Positions 52,013-63,970 of a stretch of 64,000 nucleotides of DNA are shown here, piece after piece; position 1 is the stretch's first letter, and every line of letters begins with the position of its first letter. Origin of the DNA: Lophium mytilinum (Eukaryota). Made by a program: the position numbers and the translations under genes. Where the stretch lies: positions 1,746,801 to 1,810,800 of the forward strand of contig MU004184.1 in NCBI GenBank assembly GCA_010093605.1. The letters are read 5' to 3'. The notes below the pieces were generated by a model that had not been told where the DNA came from, did no database searches, and saw only the letters and a program-made list of their open reading frames with translations.

Positions 52013-52426
52013 AGCGTGAAGAGGCACGGGGTCTTGGTTTAGTGGGGAGCCGGTGTTAGGGTTGTGATGCATATAAACAGCAAAGTTGTACCGCGAATAG
52101 TGTACATTGAGATCTATGATTCAGGAAAGGGGGTTCGGTATCTCGAAATCAGTTGAAAGACAACAAGACATTGGAGTGAGCAGATAGAGCTCAATCGAGA
52201 AAGCAGAAAGAAAATTCTCGTAAACTCCACCCTCGGAGGCCAGACAGACAGTGGCCTCGAGATTATGAAACGCCTGAAATTTGAAAGAAAGAACTCCTAG
52301 TCTCATTTTCTCGTATTAGATCCCGAAGATGGTTAGGGGAACAGAAGGAGCTGATGTACAAAGAGAAGGAAATCGAAGAACCATATACTCTCGTGAACCG
52401 CATCAGTTCACTCGCCCGTAGCCGCA

Positions 52427-54902
52427 TCACTCCTGCGTCTCCTCTGCATCAGCTCCCTCAACTACTTCTAGTGCCTCTTCATCCGCATCTCCACCATCTT
52501 CAGCGGCGTCCTGGGTATCGAACTGGACGACCTTAAGCCCAATCTCCCCAAAGGCTACCTCTTGCCTCACCTCCAACAACCCCTTCGACGCAAGCGCAAG
52601 CGTATGCATCAACGCTTTCGCAGCCGTAACGCGCCAGTTTTCTTTTGGTGGCAGCAACTCCTCGAACGTAACCTCATCCGTGTCCGCCGCCGCATCCGAC
52701 TGGAGTTCCTCATCCGCTAGATGCTCCTGCAGACGCGCCCGCTTCTCCTGAATTCCGTCCTCTACAAAGGCAAGGAAGTTGACGCCTTCGGAATCAACTG
52801 CATCGAGGACTTTCTGGTTAACTTGGGACTCCACACCCGCAAGGCCGCCGGGGGAGGTGAGTCCTTTTCCTCCAGGGGAGCTAGCATCGCCAAAGTCGTC
52901 GCCGCCGAGGAAGCCGTAGTCGTCTTCGCCTTCGAGAGAGCGGAGAGCGTCTAAGCCGCCCGGTTGACCGCGACCGTGGAGTGGGGATGCGCTGACCATG
53001 CGGTTGCCTCGTAGCATGCCGATGGAGCCAGGGCCGCCGATTGAGGTTGGGACTCCAGATTGGAGTAGTCGAGCACGCGCAAGCGACGATCCGCGCATAG
53101 CGGAAGAGCCTCGGATGGAAGCGGTGATGTTCCAGGGCATTGCTGAGAGGAGTTGTGCTTCATCCAGCGCAGACGGGGCGTCTCGAGGCATTTCAACGTC
53201 GTCTCGCGGGACGTCAATGTCGTCGCCCATGAACATTATACCTTCGTCCATATCACCGCGATTGAGTTCATCGTCATCTGAGCGGGGACGCACACGGCGT
53301 GCTTGGCTCTCGGTTTCTTCATCAATGCCGCTGTCTCGGTCGCGCTTCTGTCCGGCCATCGATTCTCTAGTCATGCCCGTGACAGCTTCGAAGAGAGGGT
53401 CGCCGTAGAATATGTCGAGGGGAGACGGGGCGCCACCGAGTCGCTGTCCTATGTTTCCAATGCCTGATCCCCAGATCCAGTATTCAGCGTTCTTCTTTCC
53501 TTGTAAAGCAGCTTTGTGATTCAGCTTGTGGCGGGTGGCTTCTGCCATGTTTTGCAAGTACTGGTTGTTCCAGCCTATCAGGTCGGCATTGTGCAGTTCC
53601 ATCATTTCGTCAAGCGGGATGATACGAGGACCACGGCTCTTGGTGCGGCGCATTGATGCTGCTGCAGTAGAAGAAGATCCCGGGTCTCCAGCCTGCGAGG
53701 AAGACATTCCATTGCCGCCCCCCGGAGGAAAGGCCTCACCCTCTGGAAGCATGTTGAAGTCGTCGCCGAGAATTGGCATATCGAAATCCATTGCTTCGCC
53801 GCCCAACTAGAGATCAGAGTCAGCACCCAAAGTATAAGTGAGATTAGAAGAGTAGAGGGTTCGTTCACTTCGTTACCGATCCGCTGACCTTCCTGATGCT
53901 CTTGTCGAACCCTAGCGCTTGCTCCAGTATCGCTTCCTATGGCAGGCTTGGTGATGCCGGTATATTTCTCACCAACCGTTTTGGTAGGAGTCAAGTCCAT
54001 GATATTTCCGTCTGCATCGAAAGCGAAGTCGGCCTCGAATAGTGGCTCATCGAGCTGATCAAGTTGTTGGCTTGCGCCCCTCCCATCGTCTCCTTCGACG
54101 AAATATCCGCCGTCATCAAATCCTCCCGAAGCTGATCGGGAGCTAGGGATCACGAGCCCTCCAACTGGTCCTCCAATGCCCAGACTACCGCTGAGGTCCT
54201 GTGAGCCGTAGGGTGTGAATAGTAGGCTTCCTTGAGATTCGCCAGTGGGGCCTCCTAGGTTGAGACGTGGTAGGCCAAGGTCTGGAGGGGGGAGCATAAA
54301 ATCAGGTAGAAAAAAAGGATCATCCTCCAGAACAAGCTGATCTGGCCTGCGAAGAACTTCAGCAGCGATTCGTGTTCAGCATAGAGGTCATGCTCTTACC
54401 TAGCCCGTCCGGCCTCCGGATCCAACTCCAAATCTTTTACCATTTTGAACATCGCCTTCATCGCATTCTGCGCGTTTTGCGCATCTGTAAGGACGTAGCC
54501 GCATTGCTGAAGGAAGACGCGCGAGACACCGTATCTGAAAATTGCGTGTTAGGTATTGAAAAGGCTAGAAACGGACGCATATTGTGGACATACAGGAGGT
54601 TGCTCTGCAGGCGTAACGCCATTGGCGCTTCGGGAGCAGAGATAGTATGACATGCTTTGGCCACATCAACACTGAGAATTGCTTTGCGATTGACCTTCTT
54701 CAACGAGGACTTGGATCCGAGAGTAGCCATCAGCCTGATGGCCCAGTTAGCGACCGGATGCGACATAACCTCGATTGCTACGATGCGGAACACTTACCAG
54801 ACGGTGGCAACGCCATACTTGCGCGACGTGAGGACTGGAGGTGTGAGATTCTACGGTCTTCGATGATGGAGTCGAGGGCTTACCTTCGTGACTATAGAAC
54901 AT
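52427..54902 (-). CDS. REC8: Rad21/Rec8-family kleisin, most likely meiotic Rec8, multi-exon
   Basis: MFYSHEVLTSRKYGVATVW|LMATLG...APMALRLQSNLL|YGVSRV N-terminal domain; C-terminal FEELLPP...AAKALMHTLALASKGLLEVRQEVAFGEI. Confidence 0.85.
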
Positions 54903-55279
54903 GGCGAGAGGGCGATACGGTGGCGTAGAATTACAAGATAATCATACAGCGCAATTATGGACACCGCTCCGACGATACTCAGATATGATGACAAGGTGTG
55001 ACGGAAGAGGGCGAAGTCTGTGAGGAGCTCGAGGATGAGCAGACGCGTAACAAAATGCACGCAGCCGAAAATTACATCACGGAACAAAAACCTTAATTTG
55101 ACCGTCGAAGTCATGCATTCTCTCTCTAAAAAACTGAACACCATGCAAGGATGGATCTAACCTGACCGTGCCTTTCTCATGCTATGCAACACGAACGCCA
55201 TGAGCTAATCAAATCGAACGCCTCTGGTGATGTGGGACATGAACATTCGGAGTCCGCAGGACCTCCGCCAGTAATGCAC

Positions 55280-57196
55280 TTAGTCCTCGTCGCCATCCAA
55301 AGTAGCAAGAGGGACAGAGCGATACAGGAGGATGAGGGCGGAGTGACTCTGGCCTGTAGTTTATTAGAAAATGAATGGGAGTTGGGATGCTTAAGCACCT
55401 ACCTCCGCCAGACAGAGTCTCGATTCTATCAGAGTCGACCTCCGACACCTTATCATCGTTGAACCACCACCACTTGCCATCCTCCTCCTTCCGCTTTCCA
55501 GTGACAGGATCCTTCCGGCCTTGCTTCTTCACGAACGATGTGTAGTGGCCACTATCCGCGCTAGCGCCCTGATGAGTGATCACGCCGCGAAGCTCATACA
55601 GACCAGTCTGATTAGCGCCATCGTCGGCAGCAAGCTTTGGATCAACGAGCGCCAGAAGCTCTTTCTTTGCTTCAAGGATAGCGGCAGCACGCTCAGCTTC
55701 GATTTGTGCCTCGGTCTTGTATTCGACGTCAGGCATCTCAACGTCGCCAGAGGCAGCAGCATCCGCTTTAGCCTTCTGCTCGGCCTTCTTCTGCATCGGC
55801 TCCTTCGACGTGGCCTTGCCATCCTTGTCAACGTCGTTCTCCTGGCCTTCACGCATGCGCTTCTGTCGCTTGGCCGCCCTGATCACGTCCTCTTCCGCCT
55901 TCCTAACGTCCCGAATCTTGTCCCTAACAGGAATCAACATCTTCTTGAGGTCTTCGGTGCAGAATTCTACAACATCTAGCTCTAGCGGAAAGGTGACCTT
56001 TCGCATTATTTTCGCTTTCTTGTTCGTTGTTCGTCGCCAGTCGAATCGCATGAAGTGAACGGGCAGGTATTTAGGTAGCCTCGAGATACGTGATGACTTG
56101 GTGTACAGAGCATCCCGGCCGAGCGCTTCGGAACGCTTCTCGATCTGCTCCTTCAAGCCAGCCGCGAGTCCATCCCGAAGATGGTTAGTCTCAGCATTGA
56201 TATGACAGTTGAGCTTGAAGAACTCGTCTTCGCCCTTCACTGGCTCTTCACCCATTTCCTTCGCGGCCGGCTCGTCACATTCCATGACGGTCTGGAATTT
56301 GCCAGCCAAGAATTTATCGATGAAGGACAGATCTTTCTTGGTGCCCGCGGACGAGGCTCCTTCGGAGGCCTCGGTATCCTTGGTTTTAAGTTTCTGTTTG
56401 AGCTGAGATATGATCTGAGACCAAGCTTCCTCTGCGTCCTGCTGAGCGTATCCTTGTCCGTCTTTTGAGCGCTGCGCGAATTGGGGGAAGGCGCTGCGCA
56501 ACGCGTTCAGGAACATGAGGGGGGGGAAGCCTTCTTGAGTCTCGGCCATTTGCTTAAACAGGTCACGGAGGGATGCAGTGAGATCCATAGAGGAACCTAG
56601 TCCACTCAATCCAAGCTGGCTGAGCTGGCTAGAACTACCGGCTGTTGATGGACTGCAAATACGTCAGCTCTGAGAACACTAAACAGTTATCTAAAATTCC
56701 ATACGCAGGCGTATAACGAAGTAGCTCTTCCTGCAGCTCTGGTATAGATCTCAGGGTTTGTAGAGTAGAGTTCATGTAGCAAGTATTGCCTAGATTCTGC
56801 AGCCCTGAGGGTATTGCGGAGTCCAGCTGGGCAGCTTCAGCCTCGGTCATATCTTCCAGGAACCGTATCTTCTCCTTCGGCCTCTCGATTTTGCTTGATG
56901 CGTCTCCGGAAGGTGTTCCCATCATCATGAACACATGTCCAGACTTGACACCCAACGTCGACATTTCTGTCTCATCCTTGAGCTGTCCACCCTTCACTAG
57001 GATCTTTTGCCGCTCGGGTTCGACGCCAGTCAACGAGAAGAGCTGGTACTTGAATATCTCGCCTGTCGAGCTGGGATCGAGCTCGACATTGTGGCGTTTG
57101 CCCTGATGTTTGACGACAACTGAAGACGCGATGGATTAGAATAGATATTGATGCTAAGGAGGCTCATACTTAGATCGTACCTGGTATCGGGTCCAT
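55280..57196 (-). CDS. UBP6: Proteasome-associated ubiquitin-specific protease (Ubp6/USP14), multi-exon
   Basis: N-terminal UBL (LTGVEPERQKILVKGGQLKD), Cys box GLQNLGNTCYMNSTLQ, QQDAEE, His box THQGASADSGHY, WFNDDKVS. Confidence 0.96.
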
Positions 57197-57471
57197 GGTG
57201 GCAGATTAGGTGAAGGTGCTGTTGGAGGATGGGCGACGCCGAATTTATAAACACAAGGCGGGGGCAACAGGCAGTGGTGAATCGTAATTCATCGAAGCGT
57301 ACGGAACTGCAGCATGTTTGGCTGTATGGGCTGCCGTACAAGTCCTACTCCGCCAAGGCCTCCACATCATCTCTCGCATCCCCCGCCATCATCCGCAACC
57401 TCACTTGACTCTGGCGCCGTCTGAGGGACTCCAATACACGGTCCCCAAATGCCATTGGCAAGCTCGTCACC
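57197..57471. promoter_or_regulatory. Compact divergent (bidirectional) promoter region between UBP6 and ARPC4
   Basis: Start codons on opposite strands only 275 bp apart; TTTATAAA at ~57244. Confidence 0.6.
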
Positions 57472-58211
57472 ATGGTAAACATAGCGGCTTCTAGACTTAT
57501 CAATCTTAGAGTCAAATGCTAATCCTCACAGTCTCAATCACTGCGCCCATACCTACAAGCTGTGCGTTCGTCGTTAACAGCCGCCCTGTCTCTCGCCAAC
57601 TTCGCGTCCCAAGCCTCAGAGCGACACAATGTCCCCGAGATCGAAGCCGCGAGCTCCCCTGAGGTCCTACTCAATCCCTTGACTGTATCGAGAAACGAAA
57701 ATGAGAAGGTGTTCATCGAGCCGAGTATCAACAGCGTTCGCATAAGCATCAAAATCAAGCAAGCCGATGAAATTGAGCACATTCTGGTCCATAAGTTCAC
57801 ACGATTCCTGACACAACGGGCGGAAGCTTTCTTCATCCTCCGGAGGAAACCGGTCAAGGTAGGCGCATGGTCTGTGAAGTTCTTCTGGACCTCGAGCTGA
57901 ATTCTGTAGGGCTACGACATCTCTTTCCTCATCACCAATTTCCATACAGAAGAGATGCTCAAGCACAAGCTTGTAGACTTCATTATCCAGTTCATGGAGG
58001 AGGTGGACAAGGAGATCTCGGAAATGAAGCTCTTCGTAAGTTCACCTGGCTTGCTCCTCGCCAGTGGGATCCCAAGACTCTGTAAGTAGGCTAACCTTTC
58101 TCAGCTGAACGCGAGAGCACGTTTCGTAGCCGAATCATTCCTTACTCCGGTAGGTTTCTCTTCTTGTTGATCTCTCATCATACCTGACCAAAGTGTGCAC
58201 AGTTTGACTGA
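57472..58211 (+). CDS. ARC19: Arp2/3 complex subunit 4 (ARPC4/p20), 5 exons
   Basis: [39 protein letters not shown]...[26 protein letters not shown]...[25 protein letters not shown]. Confidence 0.97.
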
Positions 58212-58828
58212 GAATATATATGCTTTCTGACGGTTGTTTATGCGAATGGGTTATGATTGGGGCATAGCACCACTAAAGAGTGCCTTGGCGTTGGTGGCAT
58301 GCAGGTAAGACATCTAGGGAACAACCTTTGGAACCCTAGATTGGCTGCAGCGGAAAATTAGATATTGGAGGTAACAGACGAGGTAATTATCTCGTAGTTC
58401 TACCCGTCTCAGAAATACCTCGAAAACCCCGTGTTCATACTTTCAAAAGCTGTAAAAGTGCGGCTTATGTTGCCTCTCGTGTGAAGATTTATTTGTGTCG
58501 TGTTCTCGTCTCCTAATTATTTCCGTATCGTCCCTGTCAACTCTTAACCCTGCACTAATCTGTTCCTCGACTTGGTGCTTCAGAAGAGGCACTGGATCTC
58601 CCCTGGTGCGCTTATCTAACTTCCCATAATGAGTGTAGTCATCAATTGGCGCCTCGAGGGTCTCTGAACTATTTATTGCACAGGCTCTTGCGGATCAGAT
58701 CGTCAGTAGTGGGCTCATAACCTGTGCAACAAAAAGCAGAGGCATACGTAGGTCGTAATGTTTTGGGATTACTACGCATTTCTTTGGTGTAGTTTGGCTT
58801 TTATTTTCATATCTTGTGTTCGTGTTGA

Positions 58829-59553
58829 CTAAACCTGAACTTGCGAAAGAACATTGTGCGTATACCCATGAATTCCCTCGATATGACGGACCCATTTGCC
58901 AGCTCCTTCTCTAATCAGTCCAGGGGTGTAACATGACGGTGTTTTTGATGGAAAATGGTGGTGCAAAGGTGTGTGATTCGCCTTTCTTATTCGTTTCCCA
59001 CATTGTCGTCGTCGTTCGAATCGGTGTCTGATGAGGAGGTTAAGGAAGTGTCGTCTGAATCGGCCGGTCCCCGGATCTTCGTTCTCCTTATTCCAGCCAA
59101 CCTCCGTCCTGAAGTTCCTCTGCCGGCCACCAAGGTCTATCCTCTCGATGGCCCGGTCAGTCACATATCGTATCCGAGCGCAGATCTCCTCTGGGTCCTT
59201 GTCCTCGTAAATCTCGAAGAACCAGCGCTTGGGTACGAACTCTTCTAGCTCAAGGGTTTTCTCAGTGAAACGATGCTTTGACATGGCTGATGAGGTGTTG
59301 TGGATGCTGCAGCAACAAAGGTGATGGAGGCTGATCTCGGAGGTGCGGTGGGAGTGTAGTGGTGCTTGCTCGGGAATGAAGTGCTGTGGGTATTGGTGAA
59401 GGATCCAGGGGCTACTTCAGTAGGGGTTCTTTGCCCTTCTGTGAACTTGGGTGAGGTATCGAGGCCGTCCAGGAGGTGTTCTTGTGTGATCAAAGGTGAC
59501 TGCTGTGGTGGGGCCTTTGACGGTCCGTTATCAGACTCGGCTGGCAGCTTCAT
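58829..59553 (-). pseudogene. Probable frameshifted gene or pseudogene of a disordered fungal protein family
   Basis: Two overlapping ORFs in different frames (59553-59245; 59284-58829); motifs PKRWFFEIYED and NKENEDP recall a conserved fungal WFF[DE]IxED...KENxxP family (recollection only). Confidence 0.35.
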
Positions 59554-60739
59554 TCATTTTTGACGGCCCACACCACAGCCCTTCCTCTCCCGTCCACATC
59601 ACCACCCACAACACAACGTCTTGGAAGCCCTAGTAAACCTCAGAAGCCACTATTAGCACCAGCAAGGTATGTCAGAGCGTGTTGTTTTTGCTTCTGTTCT
59701 GGTGTTCTGCACTCCAGGCCTCCTGTTTGGGCCTCATCTTGACTGCGGATGGCCGTCAACTCCAACGGCGCCCCAGTATCTGGCGGCTCGACCGCCATCA
59801 CTGGCAGATCTTCCAGTGTCTAGAGCCTCCTCGGGAGGTGCCTACTTCACTGCAATGGAGCAGATTGACTTCGTGGATCTTGGCCTCCGAGCTGTCGAGC
59901 CACCAACCACCAGCAAAATCTGCTCCCGGATGCTTGCCTTCAACCTAGCCCACCGAGTCTCGAGGACGTCTCCAAAGAGCTATCAACCTCCTCGAAGCCT
60001 CTCATCAGTGGCCTAGATCTAGCTTGCCTGACAGTCCTCTACCTCCTTTTCACTCGACTATGGCCAGTGTCAACAACACCGTCACTCTCCGCCGGAAGTC
60101 TTGGCAACAGCATTCGACCTCGGCTCCTTCGAAACACATCGATGGACACGCAATGCTTGGACACGTCCTCCTATACATGTTTGTTGTAGGAAGATGGCCA
60201 TACTCCTCGTGGTCTCTTTACCCCTGTCTAGACTGCCAAGTCCACCAATATTGGCGAGCCGACTCACAATACTATCGTGTGGGGCAAAGAATAAGGAATC
60301 AGCACGCGATGCAATGCATCCATCACCATGCAAGCAAAATCGAGCTAAAGGACTTGGACAGCCTGGCCCATTATCAAAGGAACATAACATAAGAAGTCAA
60401 GATGAGAAGGACGGGAAGAAAGAAAGAAAGAAAGAGAGAAGAGAAGACAAGAAACATATTCTCGAACGAAAAGACATCAAACAGACAACGCTACGAGGCC
60501 TGGAGTGGTCCTTATTTCTTGTGCTTATTGTGATTTTTTCTCGTAAGTGCCGAATATGCTAATCATTCTTGCTCTAGATGTCCGGCTACCCAGGTCTGGG
60601 TGAGTGGTTGGAGGGGGCGCGGGGCGCTGACCCCCCTGATCGGAGGTCTCCTCTTGTAAGTGTTTCTTCTCTCTATCCCAGTACAAGGTCAAAAGTCTGG
60701 GCACCCGAATTTCAGGCCGCATAAGCTCCTCTTTTGCGC

Positions 60740-61135
60740 GCTTGATACTGCTGTCGGGAGTGGTCGAGCTGGCGGGCGATCGTTCAATCAAGAGGCATCC
60801 TGATTTCCACTTCGTGGATATACCATTGCCCAGGCTCTGTTTTTTGCTTGCTCGGTACCACTGACAGGAGTGGCTCAGCTGTCAGGCGGTCATCCAGTCA
60901 AGAGGCATCCTGATATACGCTGCATGGACTCGCTGCTGGTCAGGCTCTGCTCTTGCTTGCTCGATGCCGCCGTCGGGAGTGGCTCAGCTCGCATGTGAAA
61001 TATCAGTCAAGAGGCAGTCTGATCGTCATCGGATGGACTCACTGATGCTCGGACTGCACGCTTGCCCACTCGATACCGCTGTCAGGAGTGGCTCAGGTAG
61101 CGGGCGGTCGTTCAGGCAGAGCGCTGTCTGATCTA
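60740..61135. repeat. Degenerate tandem array, ~3.6 units of 109-110 bp
   Basis: Anchor GAGTGG at 60758, 60868, 60977, 61086; shared blocks GGAGTGGCTCAG, TCAAGAGGCA..CTGAT, TTGCTTGCTCG. Confidence 0.88.
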
Positions 61136-61470
61136 CACTGAATCGACCTTGGCATCATGTTCTTGAAGCTATTCGGCTGCTGACAAAATGGATTAGCCGC
61201 ACGTGACAGGCCCTTTTGGGTACAAGGACAATTGGAGCTCCAGGTAAGTGGTCGTAGCTGTTGCTCGTCTCCTTTGTAATCAGAGGTCTGGCAGTTTGGC
61301 GCTGGTCAAGCCGCCTTCTTCCTCACCGCAAGCTTGAACACCTGCCCCACCAAACTTTTCCTTCTCTAACTTCCTCACTCCATCACCACCATTGCTTCTG
61401 CATTCCTCACGCTGCTGGTACTATCCCCTTTGTCGTCTCCTCCCTCTATTCATCCTTCTGCCCTGCAAGC

Positions 61471-63423
61471 ATGGCGTTTCATTCCTACCCGACACCGCCA
61501 CCCTGCGACGACAGACACACAGCTAACAACGATAACAGCAGTGGAGTGGACGAAGAACCCGCCGCAGAGCCGGAGCTGAATCCTCTTGCAAATCCATTTG
61601 TACCACGCGCACAGAATTCGAACGAGGCTCTCGTGCCCGCGCAGGATCTTTACGAGGCTTTCACACCAGCGCAGACTCAAGAGCTGCCGTACGGTCCGAC
61701 TGTCTTTCCGCCAATCTTCCCACTCACTCCGCCGTTCTATCCATTCGCCGACGTCGACCAACAGCAACTGCTGCCAGACTACCAGCTCGAAGGCCAGACA
61801 TACCTACAACCTGCGTTTCTGACTCAGATGATTTCCCACGGTCACCAACAGGCGGGTTTCCTGCCCCAGCCACAGCCACAGCCGTTCGCGCATGGTCAGC
61901 TTCAACCCCATGCCGGCTTCCAACAACCTCTACCTCGAACCGCGCTCCCGACACCATACCTTGACGTTACCGCCTATGACGACCTGACAGGCCACGGCAT
62001 TCCGTCGCTCGCCGCTGCTCTGGCCTACAGTCCCTTCCGAGACTTCGCCGCCGAGAAGCGCCCGACTCAATATGGAGTCATTCGCATCGAGAATGTATGC
62101 GTCTTCCATCCTTTTTGCCTTTCCTAATGGCATGCTGACGCCCTATAGGCTCCCTACGCCACCATGCGCAATGAAGTTCTCTCTCTGCTTGGCAAGACTG
62201 CTCGTGTCGTCGAATATCCGCCCGGTTCCTCCAACTACGCCGTTCATACCACCTTCGACCGTCTAAGCGGCAAGGCATACAACACGTTCGTTGAGGTCAA
62301 TACAGAAGCTGAAGCGCAGCGTCTCGTCCGCCAGTTTGCGAAATACCAAGATTCGCACAAGCACGGCCGCAAGCTCGGAAGTCGGCCCATCTACGTTCAT
62401 CTTTCGGATCAAGCAGAGCTCATGGAGAGCATCTTCCCGCGCGTCAAGTGCGTGCAGTGGAACGGAACAGATCCTGTGATTCAGGCCCCCGGTCCTGGCG
62501 AGTCCGGATTCGACGCGTTTCTGTACGAGGAAGAGCTACGCGGCATGATGCGCTTCGCAGAGAAGCCCGGACGTGTAAGTGTTCTGCCATACCTGATAGT
62601 CTACTGAGGGTCCTCTCGCCTGGTGAATCTCTGGACTGACGCATGTAACAGACTCAATTCTGCAAAGACTGCCCCCAGCGCGTCTATGAGGCCATGACGA
62701 CGCTCCTGCAGAAGTTCCCCTGGGGTGCCCAGCACCTGTACACGCTCCGCGACCGCAACATGCTGTTCGCATACCTCCAACAACTCGTCGAAATCCTCGT
62801 CGAGAAGCTGCCGGGACTGGCCCCAGAGCTTGTGAACAAGCTCACGCCGCAGCTACTGGGCAATCTTGTCCAGACGGCGTGTTCTTGCGGTGGCTTCTCG
62901 TCCGCACAGCAGGCCCGCCTCGTAGTCGCTTCCGCTGGTGTTTTGAACCTTGGGATCAATCTGCACCCCCTCGCCGGCGCCGTTCCGTTCGCAGTCCTGT
63001 CGATTGCGTACGACAGGGTCCAGGGCCCAGAGAAAGCCCTGGTGGATGTAAGTCGCATTTCTCCCTTACCTACCTACGCAAACGTCCCTTCAAGTCACCG
63101 TTCACCCCAAGCCACCCTTCATACGATGCTAATGCGACCAATAGTGGTACGTCGTGCTGATCCGGGAGGCGACTGGTGTGCCCGGGGCCCTCGAGCCCGA
63201 GGTCCATGATTGGGCCATCAACCAGTACCGGGGCGTCTTCCCGGGGTCCACCTTCGGCTGGTACGCCCTACCAGCCTCGTACCAAGCCCAGCTTGGTATG
63301 ACAATGGCGGAACTTGCGACCCTCGAGGCGCGCGAGTTCTCGCGCCTGGTAGGGCTTATGCTGGAGGTGGGCCGCGCGCGCCCCGACCTCGTCCCTCTGG
63401 CTCCCGCCGCCCCCGTTGCTTAG
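61471..63423 (+). CDS. RRM-containing putative RNA-binding protein with Pro/Gln-rich N-terminus, 4 exons
   Basis: Exons 61471-62094, 62149-62574, 62652-63047, 63145-63423; GVIRIEN|APYA (RNP2-like), DRLSGKAYNTFVEV (RNP1-like), KLGSRPIYVHLSDQAELMESIFPR. Confidence 0.8.
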
Positions 63424-63712
63424 GCACGGGGAGGGGGCGAAGTTGGTGGCTGCGACTGCTGGTTGGGCGGTGACTTTGTGCATTGCGTGGGCGCTTTGGG
63501 CGGTTCTCTCGTGCTTTCGGTCAGTTCTCGGTAGATTCTGTGGTGGTTTTTGGTGCTTCTGGGAGTAGACAGAGGCGTAAAAGGGGTGGCAGGGGGGGGG
63601 AGACTGAGACTGACATTTCCTTTGTTTTTCCTTTGTTTTCACGGGAGACCGACCCTAGAAATCGAGGCTGAATTGCCGATTCTTTGCGATATTGCTTCAC
63701 TATGCGAGATGT

Positions 63713-63970
63713 CTCATGCCTATGCATGATTTGAAAAACAGGATGTAAAGGTTTGGAGACCGTGAATTAGCTTGTGGTTACTGCTAACATGAATCTAGGT
63801 ATCTAAACTATATGGTCTTATATCAGGCCTCTGTTATTTATGCTTTGAAAGCTAGCTGAACGACCTGAGCCGCCTCATGCCTATGCAAGAAATGAAAATC
63901 AAGATGTAAGAGTTCGTAGGCTGCAAATTGAGTTCCAAGCATAGCTGACCGCATATCTAGGTATTAACTC
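63713..63970. repeat. Degenerate tandem repeat, ~161-bp period (may run past window end)
   Basis: CTCATGCCTATGCA at 63713 and 63874; GATGTAA in both units; ATCTAGGTAT at 63793 and 63955. Confidence 0.75.

Noticed and set aside
54310..54316. A7 run in Rec8 as a possible frameshift
   Set aside because: Reads in frame as LEDDPFFLPDF
59560..60562. Several 60-150-aa ORFs and a (GAAA)n tract near 60417
   Set aside because: No motifs, stops in all frames, ordinary microsatellite
60740..61135. CRISPR-like or snoRNA-array reading of the 109-bp repeats
   Set aside because: Eukaryotic context, no cas genes, the variable parts are homologous rather than unique spacers, and no RTGATGA C box was seen
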